Source: Chloroflexota bacterium
GTDB lineage: Bacteria; Chloroflexota; UBA11872; VXNJ01
Direction of reading: 5' to 3'
Assembly (NCBI GenBank): GCA_965261345.1
Contig: OZ253449.1
Location: 1,504,001-1,568,000, forward strand
DNA length: 64,000 nucleotides
Position numbers and translations under genes: made by a program. Of this stretch, positions 20,173-30,192 are shown in pieces (positions within the stretch are counted from its first letter, which is position 1; each line of letters starts with the position of its first letter). The notes beneath the pieces are model-generated. The model was not told where the DNA came from and made no database searches. It was given only the letters and a program-made list of their open reading frames with translations.

Positions 20173-21324
20173 ATGCTCTCCGGCGATCCATTCCTCCCCC
20201 CGCCCGATCTTGACGGCGGCAAGATCGCCGTGGCGATGAGCGGCGGGGTCGACAGTTCGGTAGCGGCCGCCCTGCTCGCCCGCGCCGGGTACCAGGTGAT
20301 TGGTTACACGGTCGACATATGGCCCGAGCAGGGCCTGGACCCGACCGAACGCAACTGCTGCTCGCCCGAGGCGGCCGCCACCGCCAAGGAGGTTTGCGAC
20401 CTGATCGGGGCCGAACACGTGGGCGTCGACCAACGCGCGCTGTTTGCGGAGCAGGTGGTTGAAAAGTTTGCCGACAGCTATTGGCAGGGCCTAACCCCAA
20501 ACCCGTGCATCGACTGCAACCAGCACATCAAGTTCTCAACCGCATTCGAGCAGCTGCAAGCTCTGGGGGCGACCCGCCTGGCCACCGGCCACTATGCTCG
20601 AATCGCCCAGGACCGAAACACCCGACGCTTCCAGCTGCTTGAAGCCGCCGACCCGGCCAAGGACCAGTCTTACGTTCTCTACGTCCTCGACCAGGTAAAG
20701 CTGGGCCGCCTGCTGTTCCCGCTGGGGTCGATGGCCAAGGGCCAGACGCGGGCCTTAGCGCACCAGTTGGGCCTACCCAATGCCGACCGCCGCGACAGCG
20801 TCGACATCTGTTTTGTGGCCGGCAATTACCGTGATTTCATCAACGAGCAGCACGGCGGGCTGGGGTCGCCGGGACCGATATTGCTCGCGGACGGGTCGCG
20901 TATCGGAGAGCACCGGGGCCTTGCCGGTTACACCATCGGCCAGCGCCGCGGACTGGGCGTTTCGCACCGCGATCCGCTATTTGTGGCCCAGATCCTGCCG
21001 GACCAAAACGCGATCGTCCTGGGGCGGCGCGAGGACCTTTTCCGCCATTCCTTCCGGGTCGAACAGTTCAACCCGGTCTCGGTTGCCCGGCTGCGGGCCG
21101 CCCAACCGGCGACGGTGCGGGTGCGCTCTAGCGCCCGCCGGCTGCCGTGCCGGATTCAACCGGTCGGCGGATCGGCGGTCGAAGTCGCAATGGACGAGCC
21201 GGTCTGGGGGCTGGCGCCCGGCCAGGCGGCGGTGTTCTATGAAGGGGACCTGGTCCTGGGCGGCGGGCGGATCAGCGTCCGCACCGCCGCGCCGGTCGCA
21301 GGGGAGCTGGCCTGCGCGGTATAG
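20173..21324 (+). CDS. mnmA: tRNA 2-thiouridine(34) synthase
   Basis: AMSGGVDS, TPNPC..CN, ATGHYAR, KDQSY, DS.DICF, TIGQRRGLG, PGQAAVFY. Confidence 0.98.
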   Translation: MLSGDPFLPPPDLDGGKIAVAMSGGVDSSVAAALLARAGYQVIGYTVDIWPEQGLDPTERNCCSPEAAATAKEVCDLIGAEHVGVDQRALFAEQVVEKFADSYWQGLTPNPCIDCNQHIKFSTAFEQLQALGATRLATGHYARIAQDRNTRRFQLLEAADPAKDQSYVLYVLDQVKLGRLLFPLGSMAKGQTRALAHQLGLPNADRRDSVDICFVAGNYRDFINEQHGGLGSPGPILLADGSRIGEHRGLAGYTIGQRRGLGVSHRDPLFVAQILPDQNAIVLGRREDLFRHSFRVEQFNPVSVARLRAAQPATVRVRSSARRLPCRIQPVGGSAVEVAMDEPVWGLAPGQAAVFYEGDLVLGGGRISVRTAAPVAGELACAV

Positions 21325-21357
21325 CTGCTTGGCGCAGCGGCCGCGTCGGCGGCCCAG

Positions 21358-22299
21358 CTAGCGCTCGGGATCGACCGCTGGCGGGGATTGGCGGCCAATA
21401 CGGCGGGACCTAAGGTGCCGCAATAGCAGCGCCAGCAGAACCAGCAGCGGGATCAGCCACCAAGAGAAAGCAAGGGTTGCCAGGATCGCCTCAAGCAGGG
21501 TTTCGAGGAAGACCCAGGAGGCCTCCCAACCGGCCCGGGCGGCATCGGGTGGACCGAACAGTTCGGCCTCGCTGGGACCCGCCACGGCCTCCAATTCCAC
21601 CGAGAGGGTGGCCAGCGCCACCAGTTTGGAGAAGGTGGCCAGCTGGCTTTCGATCCGCTCGATCTCACGGCGGGTGTCGTTGAGGCGGTCGGTGACGGCG
21701 ACGATGTCGCTGATCGCCTCGCCCTTTTCCAATAGCGAGAGGTACTGGTTCTCGACCGCCCGGCGGTTGCGCAGGTCCGATTCGAAATCGGTGACCTGGG
21801 CGGTTACGTCTTCTGAATCGGTGCTAACTGAAAGAACTTCGACCGCCAGGGCCTGGATCCGTTCCTTGACCGGTTCGAATAGTTCGGCCGGAATCCGCAG
21901 GCTCATATAGGCCCCCTGCCAGGCCTTGGGCCCGTCCTCGGAGGAATCGGAATCGCCGTATAGATTGGAGTTCTCCACGTACCCGCCGGCGCTGCGGGTC
22001 ATGGCTGCGATCTGGTCGAAATCCTCCAGGACGTCATTTACCCGCAGCCGGATGTGGCCGTTAAGGATGATTTGCCGGCCCAGCAGCTCGGCCGACTGGT
22101 TGCCGGCCGAGTCGGCAACGACCTCCATGGCGGACTCGGTCTCCAGCTTGAATTCGACCCCTTCGCTGGCCGGAAACGGGGCAGATGAGACGGTCGATTC
22201 GTCGTCGCCGAACGGCGCGCCGATCTCAAAACAACCGGCGAGCAGTCCGCTAAGGGCGACTCCCAGCAGGACGATGGCGATTCGGGCGCGGATGCGCAT
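21358..22299 (-). CDS. DUF4349 domain lipoprotein
   Basis: LLAGC lipobox, GGYVE.S, LRIPA..F, EDVT....D, coiled coil, C-terminal TM helix. Confidence 0.8.
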   Translation of the reverse strand: MRIRARIAIVLLGVALSGLLAGCFEIGAPFGDDESTVSSAPFPASEGVEFKLETESAMEVVADSAGNQSAELLGRQIILNGHIRLRVNDVLEDFDQIAAMTRSAGGYVENSNLYGDSDSSEDGPKAWQGAYMSLRIPAELFEPVKERIQALAVEVLSVSTDSEDVTAQVTDFESDLRNRRAVENQYLSLLEKGEAISDIVAVTDRLNDTRREIERIESQLATFSKLVALATLSVELEAVAGPSEAELFGPPDAARAGWEASWVFLETLLEAILATLAFSWWLIPLLVLLALLLRHLRSRRIGRQSPPAVDPER

Positions 22300-22372
22300 G
22301 CTAGTTACCGGGCCTTCCAGAATCTCGATCGCGGCTCGGCCGGTTTGGGCCGACCCGACCGGCAATGACCGC

Positions 22373-23092
22373 TCAATTCTCGCCCCCGTTTTTGCCGCGG
22401 GCGCCGGACCGGTTTTTTCCACTCTTCCAGCGCTGCGCGATCAGGGCGGCCAGCGCCGCCGGCCCGTCGCGCCAGAAGGCCAATTTTTTGCCCTCGTAAC
22501 GGGGCTCATAGGCGATCGGCAGCTGCAGGATCGCCTCGCCCGCCAAAAGCAGCTTGGCGGTTATTTCCGGTTCGATGTCAAAGCGCCGCGCGCTCAGGTT
22601 GAGTTCGAGCGCCAGCTGCCGATCGATCAGCTTGTAACAGGATTCCATATCGCGCAGGTTGGCCCGATAGATCAGGTTGGTGGCAAGGGTCACAAAGCGG
22701 TTGCCCAGCCGCAGCAGCGGGCGCTGCCGCGATAGGTCGCGGTAGCCGTAGGCGACCCGCGCCGAGGAGGCCTCGACCGCGGCCAGCAGGCGCATCAGGT
22801 CGCTGGGGTCGTACTCAAGATCGGCGTCCTGGATGGCCACGTAGCGGCCGACGGCCACCGCCAGGGCCCGGGTTACCGCTGCCCCCTTGCCTTGGTTTTG
22901 TCGGCTGGTGAGCAGCCGGATACGCGGATCGGAGAGCGAGTGCAGGAAATCGAGCGAGCCGTCGGTCGAGGCGTCGTCGGCAAAGACAAACTCGCAATCG
23001 TCGGGCAGCTTGAGCAGTCGCTCCACGACCCCGGGCAGACCGGCCCGCTCGTTGTAGACCGGGATCAGGATCGAGAGTTTTACGGAGTCCAT
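22373..23092 (-). CDS. Glycosyltransferase family 2 (polyprenol-phosphate mannosyltransferase-like)
   Basis: IPVYNE, DDASTDGS, NQGKG, QDADLEYDP.D. Confidence 0.95.
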   Translation of the reverse strand: MDSVKLSILIPVYNERAGLPGVVERLLKLPDDCEFVFADDASTDGSLDFLHSLSDPRIRLLTSRQNQGKGAAVTRALAVAVGRYVAIQDADLEYDPSDLMRLLAAVEASSARVAYGYRDLSRQRPLLRLGNRFVTLATNLIYRANLRDMESCYKLIDRQLALELNLSARRFDIEPEITAKLLLAGEAILQLPIAYEPRYEGKKLAFWRDGPAALAALIAQRWKSGKNRSGARGKNGGEN

Positions 23093-23787
23093 GTGCGCAA
23101 CCGCCAGTAAAACCGGGCCAGTTCGGCAAATGCCCTAATCACCACCAGCGGCCGCAGACCGGTCGATTTTCCGGCCCGGCGGCGATGGTGTTCGAGGCAG
23201 GCCTGTTCGACCCGGGCCCCCAGCTTGGCGGCCTTGGCCAGGATTTCGGCCGAGATGAATCCGCCTTCGCTCTCAAGCTTGAGCTTGCGCACGAACGCGG
23301 TCTCAAAGAGCTTGAAGCCGCAATCGAGGTCGCGGGTTGAAAACCCCAGTAACGCTCCGGCCAGGCTCGCCCAGGCGCGCGAGGGCAGGCCCCGCAGCGA
23401 TCCCTCGGCGCGCCGCCGGCGGTAGCCGAACACCGCCTGCCGTCCCTTGATCAGGCACAGCAGTTTGGGCAGGTCGGCCGGGTCGAATTGGCCGTCGCCG
23501 TCGCAGAATCCGACCAGCCGGCCGCGCGCGTTGGCAAACCCGGTCTTGAGCGCGCCGCCGTAGCCGCGATTGCGTTGATGGACGATCAATCTGACCCGGT
23601 CTCCCTGGCAGAGCGTTAGGCTCCGGTCGGCGGTCGCATCACGCGAGCCGTCGTCGACCAGGATCAGTTCCCAGCCGTAACCGCTCTCCTCAAGTGCCCG
23701 GATCGCCCGCCGGCCGATTGGCAGTACGTTGTCCTGCTCGTTGTAGAGCGGGAGAAAAAAACTCAACTCGACCGACGCCCCCGACAT
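23080..23787 (-). CDS. Glycosyltransferase family 2
   Basis: PLYNE, VDDGS.D.T, NRGYGGAL, DGDGQFD, DCGFKLF. Confidence 0.95.
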   Translation of the reverse strand: MSGASVELSFFLPLYNEQDNVLPIGRRAIRALEESGYGWELILVDDGSRDATADRSLTLCQGDRVRLIVHQRNRGYGGALKTGFANARGRLVGFCDGDGQFDPADLPKLLCLIKGRQAVFGYRRRRAEGSLRGLPSRAWASLAGALLGFSTRDLDCGFKLFETAFVRKLKLESEGGFISAEILAKAAKLGARVEQACLEHHRRRAGKSTGLRPLVVIRAFAELARFYWRLRTWTP

Positions 23788-23925
23788 GGACCGGGCGGGC
23801 TGGTGCTGATGGTCAATCTGGCGCAGAAATAGCTTTCCCAGCGTCGAAGTTTGCAACGACATTGGCCGCTGTTACTGATAATGGCGGACTTATTGCATCC
23901 CGGCCAACTGCCATTTTTGCAAGCG

Positions 23926-25041
23926 ATGACCAATTTGCGGCTACTAATACCCGGACCGATCGATCTAGACCAGCGGGTGCTGGCGGCCCTGGCCGAACCG
24001 GTGTTTCCACACTACGGGCAACCCTGGCTTGATCTCTACCGCCGCCTCCAGCAGGGGGTTTTGCGCTACGCCCAGACCGAGGGCGATGCCTACATAATGG
24101 CGTCCTCGGGATCCGGTGCGATCGAAGCCGGAGTCCGGTCGCTGACCAGTCCCGGCGACCGCGTGTTGGTACCCGTCAACGGCTATTTTTCGCAACGCTT
24201 TTTCGATATCGCCCGGGCCAACGGGCTCGAAGCCCGGAAGATGGACATCGCCCCGGGATCGGCCCCGACGCCCGAGCAGATCGCCGCGCGGATTGAGGCC
24301 GATCATATAAAAACCCTGCTGCTCTGTCACAGTGAGACATCGTCCGGGGCGATCTGTCCGTTGGAGGAAATCGCCCGCGTCTGCCGCGACCGCGGGGTAA
24401 ACATCATCGTGGACGCGGTCTCGTCGTTTGCGGCGGTTGAAATCCGCACCGATGAATGGGGCCTCGATTACCTGGCGACCGCCTCCCAGAAGGCCCTCGA
24501 GGGCCCGCCCGGGTTGGCGCCGGTGATCGTCTCGCCGCAGGGCTGGGATACCCTAAACGCCCGCCGCCGCAGTGCCCCCGGCTGGTACTTTGACCTTGCC
24601 GTCTGGCGCCAGTTCGCGGAAACCCAGGCCGACTTCCACCCCCAGCCGTCGACCATGCCGGTCAACGTGTGCCGGGCGTTCGACCGCGCCCTTCAAATCC
24701 AGCAGTCCGAAACCCCCGAGCAGCGCTTTGCGCGGACGGCCAAGGGGGCTGCTCAATTCCGCCAGCACCTTAAGGACCTGGGTTTTTCGATGCTGGCCCG
24801 CGAGGCTGTCGCCTCCCCGACGGTCACCTGCGCCCTGCCGCCGGCGGACCTGCCCGGCGGGGTCGACCCCCTGCTCTCCTGGCTGCGCCGCGAATGCGGA
24901 TTCGTCCTGGCCGAGGGTTTTGGTCCGCTCAAGGGGCGGATAATCCGGATCGGCCACATGTCGCGCCTGGTGTTTGACCAATACCTGCCCGATCTGCTTA
25001 TCGAGCTGGAGCGCTACCTGCGGCAGGCCCGCGCCGCTTAA
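23926..25041 (+). CDS. Class V aminotransferase (alanine-glyoxylate/serine-pyruvate type)
   Basis: LIPGP, SGSGA.EA, HSETSSG, VDAVSS, ASQKAL..PPGL, IRIGHM. Confidence 0.95.
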   Translation: MTNLRLLIPGPIDLDQRVLAALAEPVFPHYGQPWLDLYRRLQQGVLRYAQTEGDAYIMASSGSGAIEAGVRSLTSPGDRVLVPVNGYFSQRFFDIARANGLEARKMDIAPGSAPTPEQIAARIEADHIKTLLLCHSETSSGAICPLEEIARVCRDRGVNIIVDAVSSFAAVEIRTDEWGLDYLATASQKALEGPPGLAPVIVSPQGWDTLNARRRSAPGWYFDLAVWRQFAETQADFHPQPSTMPVNVCRAFDRALQIQQSETPEQRFARTAKGAAQFRQHLKDLGFSMLAREAVASPTVTCALPPADLPGGVDPLLSWLRRECGFVLAEGFGPLKGRIIRIGHMSRLVFDQYLPDLLIELERYLRQARAA

Positions 25042-25055
25042 CGGCGCGGCGGCGG

Positions 25056-26093
25056 CTACAAGTCGTCGAGTGGGGTGTTGGACCGCGGTTGGAGATTTAG
25101 CCGCATGATGCGGGCGTCGATCGCCGCATCGGTTCCCGGGGCCAGCTCCTCGACCTTGCGCAGATCGGCGATCGCCTCCTGGGTCCGCCCGAGCTGCTGG
25201 AAGACGTTGGCCCGGGCCAGGTAGATCAGCGGAAGATCGTCGCGATGCTCGATCGCGGCGCTGTAGCTTGCCAGCGCCGAGACGTAATCCTGGCGATTTT
25301 CCTGGAGGAACCCGCGCACATAGTAGGCCTGGGGGTAGGTACTATCGTTGGAATATTCGACCGCCCGATCGGCCGCCAGCGAGGCCGCCGCGACATCGTT
25401 AATCTCGTCGGTTAAGTAGAAATTGACCGCCTGCATATGGACCATCGGGTTCTGGCCGTTCTCGTTGATGACCCGGCGGACCAGTTCCAGCGCGTCATCG
25501 CGGCGCCCGGCCGCGGCCAGGACGTAGGCTGATTCGAAGCGTGCGGCAATGTCCTGATCGCGGACCTGGATGAGCAGCAAGGAAACGGCCATGGCGAAAA
25601 CCACCCCGGCCAGCGCCAGGAACCCGCCCAGCAGATTCTTGCCCTCGCCACCGGCGCCAAAAGCCTGCAGCGCGGCGGCGGCCAGCAGCATCGCCTGACC
25701 CGCAATCAGCGGCCACGGCGCGCCGAAGAAGGCCGCCTCAAAGGTGAATAGGCCGACCCCCAACAGGCCGCGCGCGCCCAGCTCAAGTTGTCCCGGGAGC
25801 CGGTCCGGCCGGCGGTTGAAGGCGATCATCAGATCGATCGCGATCAGCGCGACGATTGACCAGCGGAAGTCCTCGACCAGGGCCAGCGAAAGCAGCATCC
25901 AGAGGAGGTCGGCCGCCAGCAGCATGAACTTGCCCAGGGCCAGCGAGATTCCGGCTTCGGTCTCCTCCTCCTCGATTCGCATCTGTTCGATCGAGGGCAG
26001 GCGCAGCGAATCCGTATTGGCGCCAACCAGGGCCGGCAGGTTGTCCCGGTGGGGCGTGGTCGATCCCTGGGAATCGGCAAAACGGGCTAGCAA
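25056..26093 (-). CDS. Membrane protein with C-terminal TPR repeats
   Basis: About 5 TM helices followed by TPR-like repeats (AYYVRG...A...Y..AI; IYLARA....LG...EAIADL). Confidence 0.75.
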   Translation of the reverse strand: MLARFADSQGSTTPHRDNLPALVGANTDSLRLPSIEQMRIEEEETEAGISLALGKFMLLAADLLWMLLSLALVEDFRWSIVALIAIDLMIAFNRRPDRLPGQLELGARGLLGVGLFTFEAAFFGAPWPLIAGQAMLLAAAALQAFGAGGEGKNLLGGFLALAGVVFAMAVSLLLIQVRDQDIAARFESAYVLAAAGRRDDALELVRRVINENGQNPMVHMQAVNFYLTDEINDVAAASLAADRAVEYSNDSTYPQAYYVRGFLQENRQDYVSALASYSAAIEHRDDLPLIYLARANVFQQLGRTQEAIADLRKVEELAPGTDAAIDARIMRLNLQPRSNTPLDDL

Positions 26094-26260
26094 TTGAATC
26101 GGTCCGGGCGAGATTGGGGGTCGGGCTTAGTCGGCATTACAAAGACTAGGGACTTTGGCGGTCGATTTTCGCGCCGATTGCCCGGGTTGGTGGACCGACC
26201 GGGTTCAACCAGCCGCCGTTGGTTTAGAAACCTGGAACTGCGGCCGGCCGGGTGCGCCTC

Positions 26261-26266
26261 TATAAT
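26261..26266 (+). promoter_or_regulatory. Putative -10 box of the SAM-riboswitch transcript
   Basis: Perfect TATAAT about 30 nt upstream of the riboswitch P1 helix. Confidence 0.55.
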
Positions 26267-26294
26267 TTGCCTCAATTGAATACGGTGGTTCCGG

Positions 26295-26408
26295 CTCTTA
26301 TCCAGAGTGGTGGAGGGACACGGCCCTTTGAAGCCCGGCAACCGGTGCGGCAGTTTTTGCCGCGCGTTAGGTGCCAACTCCGGCGAGCCTGCAATCGCAA
26401 GATAAGAG
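26295..26408 (+). ncRNA. SAM-I (S-box) riboswitch
   Basis: CTCTTATCcAGAGtGGtGGAGGGAcacGGCCCtttGAAGCCcGGCAACC...GGTGCCAAcTCC...GATAAGAG. Confidence 0.95.
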
Positions 26409-26634
26409 GACACCACACCCTGATGCGTAGCACTCGCAGTCCCAGCCCGCCCGGCTGGGCCAATAAACCCGCGGCATTCTTCCGCCTCGATGGTCATTCC
26501 CACGGCGGACAGTCCTTCATGTAGAGCTACCCTTCCGGCCTTGGTCGGCGCCGCTCGCGGTGCCTGCCCGCAGGCCAGGCAATCTCTGCAACTCTGAATT
26601 TGATAAATATTCGTGAAGGACTATCAGTTACAAA

Positions 26635-27897
26635 ATGGCCGATAAGGTACTTGGCCTAAGGTGCAAAAACTGCGCCAACGTCTACTCGGCTGGCGCCCAG
26701 CATGTCTGCAATCTCTGTTTCGGCCCGCTTGAGGTCATCTACGACTACGAGCTGATCGCATCGCGGATTTCGCGCCGCAAGATCGCCGAGGGACCGCTCT
26801 CGCTCTGGCGCTATGCCGATCTGCTGCCGCTTGATTCTGGCTGGGATCGCAACGTCCGAGTGGGATTTACTCCGCTCCAGCGTGCCGGCAAACTGGCCGA
26901 CCGGCTGGGCCTCAAAGAGCTCTGGCTCAAGAACGACAGCGTAAACCCGACCTTCTCCTTCAAGGACCGGCCGGTGGCCGTGGCCCTGGCCAAGGCGCGC
27001 CAGCTCGGCTATGAGGTCTTTGCCTGCGCCTCGACTGGAAACCTGGCCTCGGCGGTGGCCGGCGCCGGCGCCCGCACCGCGCTGAAGATCTACGTCTTTA
27101 TGCCTTCGGACGTGGAGGCCGGCAAGGTCTTGAACGCGGCGGTCTATGGGGCCAATCTGGTCGCCGTAAACGGGACCTACGATCAGCTCAACCGGCTCTG
27201 TTCGGAGATCGCCGACGAAGAAGACTGGGCCTTCTGCAACATCAACATGCGCCCCTACTACGCCGAGGGATCAAAGACCCTGGCCTTTGAAGTCGTCGAA
27301 CAACTTGGCTGGCGGGCGCCCGATCACGTGGTGGCGCCGATCGCCTCCGGGGCGCTCTACACCGAGATCGCCAAGGGATTTGCCGAGCTGGTGGAGGTCG
27401 GCCTGATCTCCTCACAGAGCGTTGCCATCTCCGGTGCCCAGGCCGATGGTTGTTCACCGGTGGCCGATGCTTTTGCGGCCGGACTAGACGAGTTCGAACC
27501 GGTGCGCGACCCGCTAACAGTCGCCAAGAGCCTGGCGATCGGCAACCCGGCCGACGGAAATTATTCGCTGCAGGTCGCCCGCTCCAGCGGTGGCGTGATC
27601 ACCAAGGTCACCGATGAGGAGATCATCGCGGCGATTTCGATCCTGGCCGCCGACGAGGGGATATTTACCGAACCGGCCGGTGGGGTCACGATCGCCACCC
27701 TGATCAAGCTGGCCCAAAAGGGTCAGTTCGGCAGGAACGAATCGGTGGTCGCCTACGTTACCGGCAACGGCTTAAAGACCCAGGAAGCGCTCGCCGGGCG
27801 CGGGGTGGCGAACATGACGATCGCCCCGACCCTGGGGGCGTTTGAGGAAGCCATCGCGCGCGAAACCAGCAACGAACGGGCCCCGGTGCTCATATGA
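26635..27897 (+). CDS. thrC: Threonine synthase-family PLP enzyme; by context likely an O-phosphohomoserine sulfhydrylase (MetM-like)
   Basis: N-terminal CxxC...CxxC, NPTFSFKDR, ASTGNLA, EGSKT, EPAGG, TGNGLK; SAM riboswitch upstream and sulfur carrier downstream. Confidence 0.9.
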   Translation: MADKVLGLRCKNCANVYSAGAQHVCNLCFGPLEVIYDYELIASRISRRKIAEGPLSLWRYADLLPLDSGWDRNVRVGFTPLQRAGKLADRLGLKELWLKNDSVNPTFSFKDRPVAVALAKARQLGYEVFACASTGNLASAVAGAGARTALKIYVFMPSDVEAGKVLNAAVYGANLVAVNGTYDQLNRLCSEIADEEDWAFCNINMRPYYAEGSKTLAFEVVEQLGWRAPDHVVAPIASGALYTEIAKGFAELVEVGLISSQSVAISGAQADGCSPVADAFAAGLDEFEPVRDPLTVAKSLAIGNPADGNYSLQVARSSGGVITKVTDEEIIAAISILAADEGIFTEPAGGVTIATLIKLAQKGQFGRNESVVAYVTGNGLKTQEALAGRGVANMTIAPTLGAFEEAIARETSNERAPVLI

Positions 27898-27970
27898 GGG
27901 CAACTGCTGGGCCCAGCTCAAGCCAATCCGAACAAACACCTTAAAAAACGGAAAACGAAAGCGATCAACC

Positions 27971-28243
27971 ATGGCAACCGTACGAATACCGGCGCCGATG
28001 CGTGAATTGGTGGGAAACCAGAAGCGGATCGAATCCGATTGCCCCAGCGTGAGGGCGATGATCGAACAGATCGATGCCGATCACCCGGGCTTTAAGCGCC
28101 GCCTAATTGGCGATGATGACGAGCTTTCCAAGTTCGTACAGATCTACGTCGGGGATGAAGACATCCGCTTCTTGTCCGGACTTGAGACCGAGCTGGTCGA
28201 GGGAACCCGGGTCTCGATCGTTCCGGCCGCCGCCGGCGGCTAG
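27971..28243 (+). CDS. MoaD/ThiS-family sulfur carrier protein
   Basis: VRIP..MR, YV..EDIRFL.GL.T.L, C-terminal IVPAAAGG with free Gly-Gly. Confidence 0.92.
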   Translation: MATVRIPAPMRELVGNQKRIESDCPSVRAMIEQIDADHPGFKRRLIGDDDELSKFVQIYVGDEDIRFLSGLETELVEGTRVSIVPAAAGG

Positions 28244-28255
28244 GTCGTTGGCCGG

Positions 28256-29176
28256 CTAACTTTCCACCTGGCTGGGATCGGCGTAGATTCCGGCGCCGAT
28301 TATTACCTCGTCAACCCGGACCGCCCAAGTCTGCTTGGATTCGTCCTGGCCGGTTACTGGATTGGTGAAGACGTATTCGACCAATTCGCCGTCAGCGTCG
28401 GCCCGGGCGCGCAATAGCTGGGTTATCTTGACCCCGTTGCGGTCGGTCAGGTCGGACTGGTCCGAACCGACCAATTCGGGATTGGCCGGGTGGGCCAGGA
28501 CAACCAGGTCGCGGGCGCGCAGCACGAAAACGTAAGACTCGCCGCGATTGAAGCGCGGCTCGGTCTGAATGCTACCGACCGGATCGTCCGCTCGCTGCCA
28601 GACCTCGATCGCATCGGCGACGATGTGCTTGATGTACCGGACATCGTCCAAGTAGTAACCGACCCCGAAATTTAAGTCCCCGACCTGCCTGATGTAGGAC
28701 CGCTTGGGCTCGGAGAACCCGGTCGCCGGATTGATGTAACGGTAGAGCCACCAGCCCCCGGTTTCAAAAGACTGGCTTAGGCCGGCGCTCACGTAGGCGA
28801 ACCCGTCGGAGTCAACCTGATCGGAAAAATCGAGTCCGACCAGCGACGGGTTGGCCGCGTGGGCGACCATGACGCCGTCATCATCGATTACGTAGACGTA
28901 GAGCTCGTGGACGCGCCAGGGGCCGCCCGGCGTGTTGATCGCGGCGATGGCTCCCTCCGGGTCGGTTTCCCAGGCCGCCAGCGCCGATTCGACCAAGCTG
29001 GCAACCGCGTCGGCCTGGACCTGTTCGGCTGGATCGATCGCGGCGGCGGTCGGGGCTGCCACGGTCCCGCAGCCGCCCAACAGGTTGATGGAAAGCAGCA
29101 TCCCCAGGACCAGCAGGCAGGTCTGACGCAGACTCACCGTAGCCCGAGATGGGATGTGCTTACAAAAGCCCGTCAT
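28256..29176 (-). CDS. Stand-alone lipoprotein with two Cache domains
   Basis: LLGGC lipobox and two repeats of Y(V)(Y/F)V.......AH.ANP.LVG.D..D..D..G.....Y...NP.TG....K. Start codon uncertain. Confidence 0.8.
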   Translation of the reverse strand: MTGFCKHIPSRATVSLRQTCLLVLGMLLSINLLGGCGTVAAPTAAAIDPAEQVQADAVASLVESALAAWETDPEGAIAAINTPGGPWRVHELYVYVIDDDGVMVAHAANPSLVGLDFSDQVDSDGFAYVSAGLSQSFETGGWWLYRYINPATGFSEPKRSYIRQVGDLNFGVGYYLDDVRYIKHIVADAIEVWQRADDPVGSIQTEPRFNRGESYVFVLRARDLVVLAHPANPELVGSDQSDLTDRNGVKITQLLRARADADGELVEYVFTNPVTGQDESKQTWAVRVDEVIIGAGIYADPSQVES

Positions 29177-29460
29177 AATCGAATTCCGCCGTTTCACTTT
29201 GCCGCCGCCGCTGCGCTTACCGTACCGAAAAAAAGGATAGTCGAGCGGCCCGGCAACCGCCGCCAGGATCGGGGCGTTGGGAAGGCCAGCCGATAAAATA
29301 TTTTTCCGATCATTGCGGGTGGCGCCGCGGACCGTATTGTCGGATCCGCCGGGCCGTTGACGGGCCGGCATGGGGGACTTGCCCCATCCGAACCCTGCCG
29401 CCAATTGACAATAAATCCACCAACCGGGCATCCGATCTGAATCAGAATCCTCGTTACGCG

Positions 29461-30186
29461 GTGTTTGGCGATGTGCATGCCAACGTTACAGCGCTGGAGG
29501 CCATCCTGGCCGACATCGATTCGAAGGGGCCGTTCGATGCGGTTATCTCCAACGGCGACCAGATCGTTGGCGGGCCGCGGCCGGTCGAGGTCTGGGAGCT
29601 GCTGCAGCAGCGCTCGGCGTTGATGTTGATCGGCAACACCGAGCGCGACCTGCTGCTCGGCGATGTTCCGCCCCCTCCATGGGGCCTGGCCAAGCGGGGC
29701 ATGCTCAAGGCGGTCTTTTTTTTCTGCCGCGATCGGCTCGCGCCCGAACTGATCGAATCGGCTGGACGGCTTCCGTTCGCCGTCCGTCTGCGCGCCTATC
29801 CCGGTTCGCCGGTGCTCATGATTTCACACGCCAACGCCAGCAACGTTGATGATTTCCTCACCCCCACCACTTCGCACCGCGTATACGACCGCCTGCTGGG
29901 TAAGAATTGCCGTCCGCAGATGCTAATAACCGGGCACATCCATTCGCCTCAGGATGCCTTGATCGGGGGCGTGCGGGTGGTCCGGCCGGGCAGCGTTGGG
30001 CTCAAATACGAACGCGAGGTCCAGCACCTAGCTAACTGGCTGGAGGTGGAATTCGACCGCACCGCCGACGCCTGGACCTACCGCCGGCACGAGGTCGAGT
30101 GGGACAATGAGCTGGAGATTGAAGCCGGCTCGCGACTCGACTATCCGGGGGTAACTATCCTGCCCGGATTCTGGCGATTGGAGTAG
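29461..30186 (+). CDS. Calcineurin-like metallophosphoesterase
   Basis: GDVHAN, NGD, GNTE, SHA, GHIH, PGSVG. True start is probably slightly upstream (in-frame RYAVFGD). Confidence 0.9.
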   Translation: MFGDVHANVTALEAILADIDSKGPFDAVISNGDQIVGGPRPVEVWELLQQRSALMLIGNTERDLLLGDVPPPPWGLAKRGMLKAVFFFCRDRLAPELIESAGRLPFAVRLRAYPGSPVLMISHANASNVDDFLTPTTSHRVYDRLLGKNCRPQMLITGHIHSPQDALIGGVRVVRPGSVGLKYEREVQHLANWLEVEFDRTADAWTYRRHEVEWDNELEIEAGSRLDYPGVTILPGFWRLE

Positions 30187-30192
30187 GGTCAG

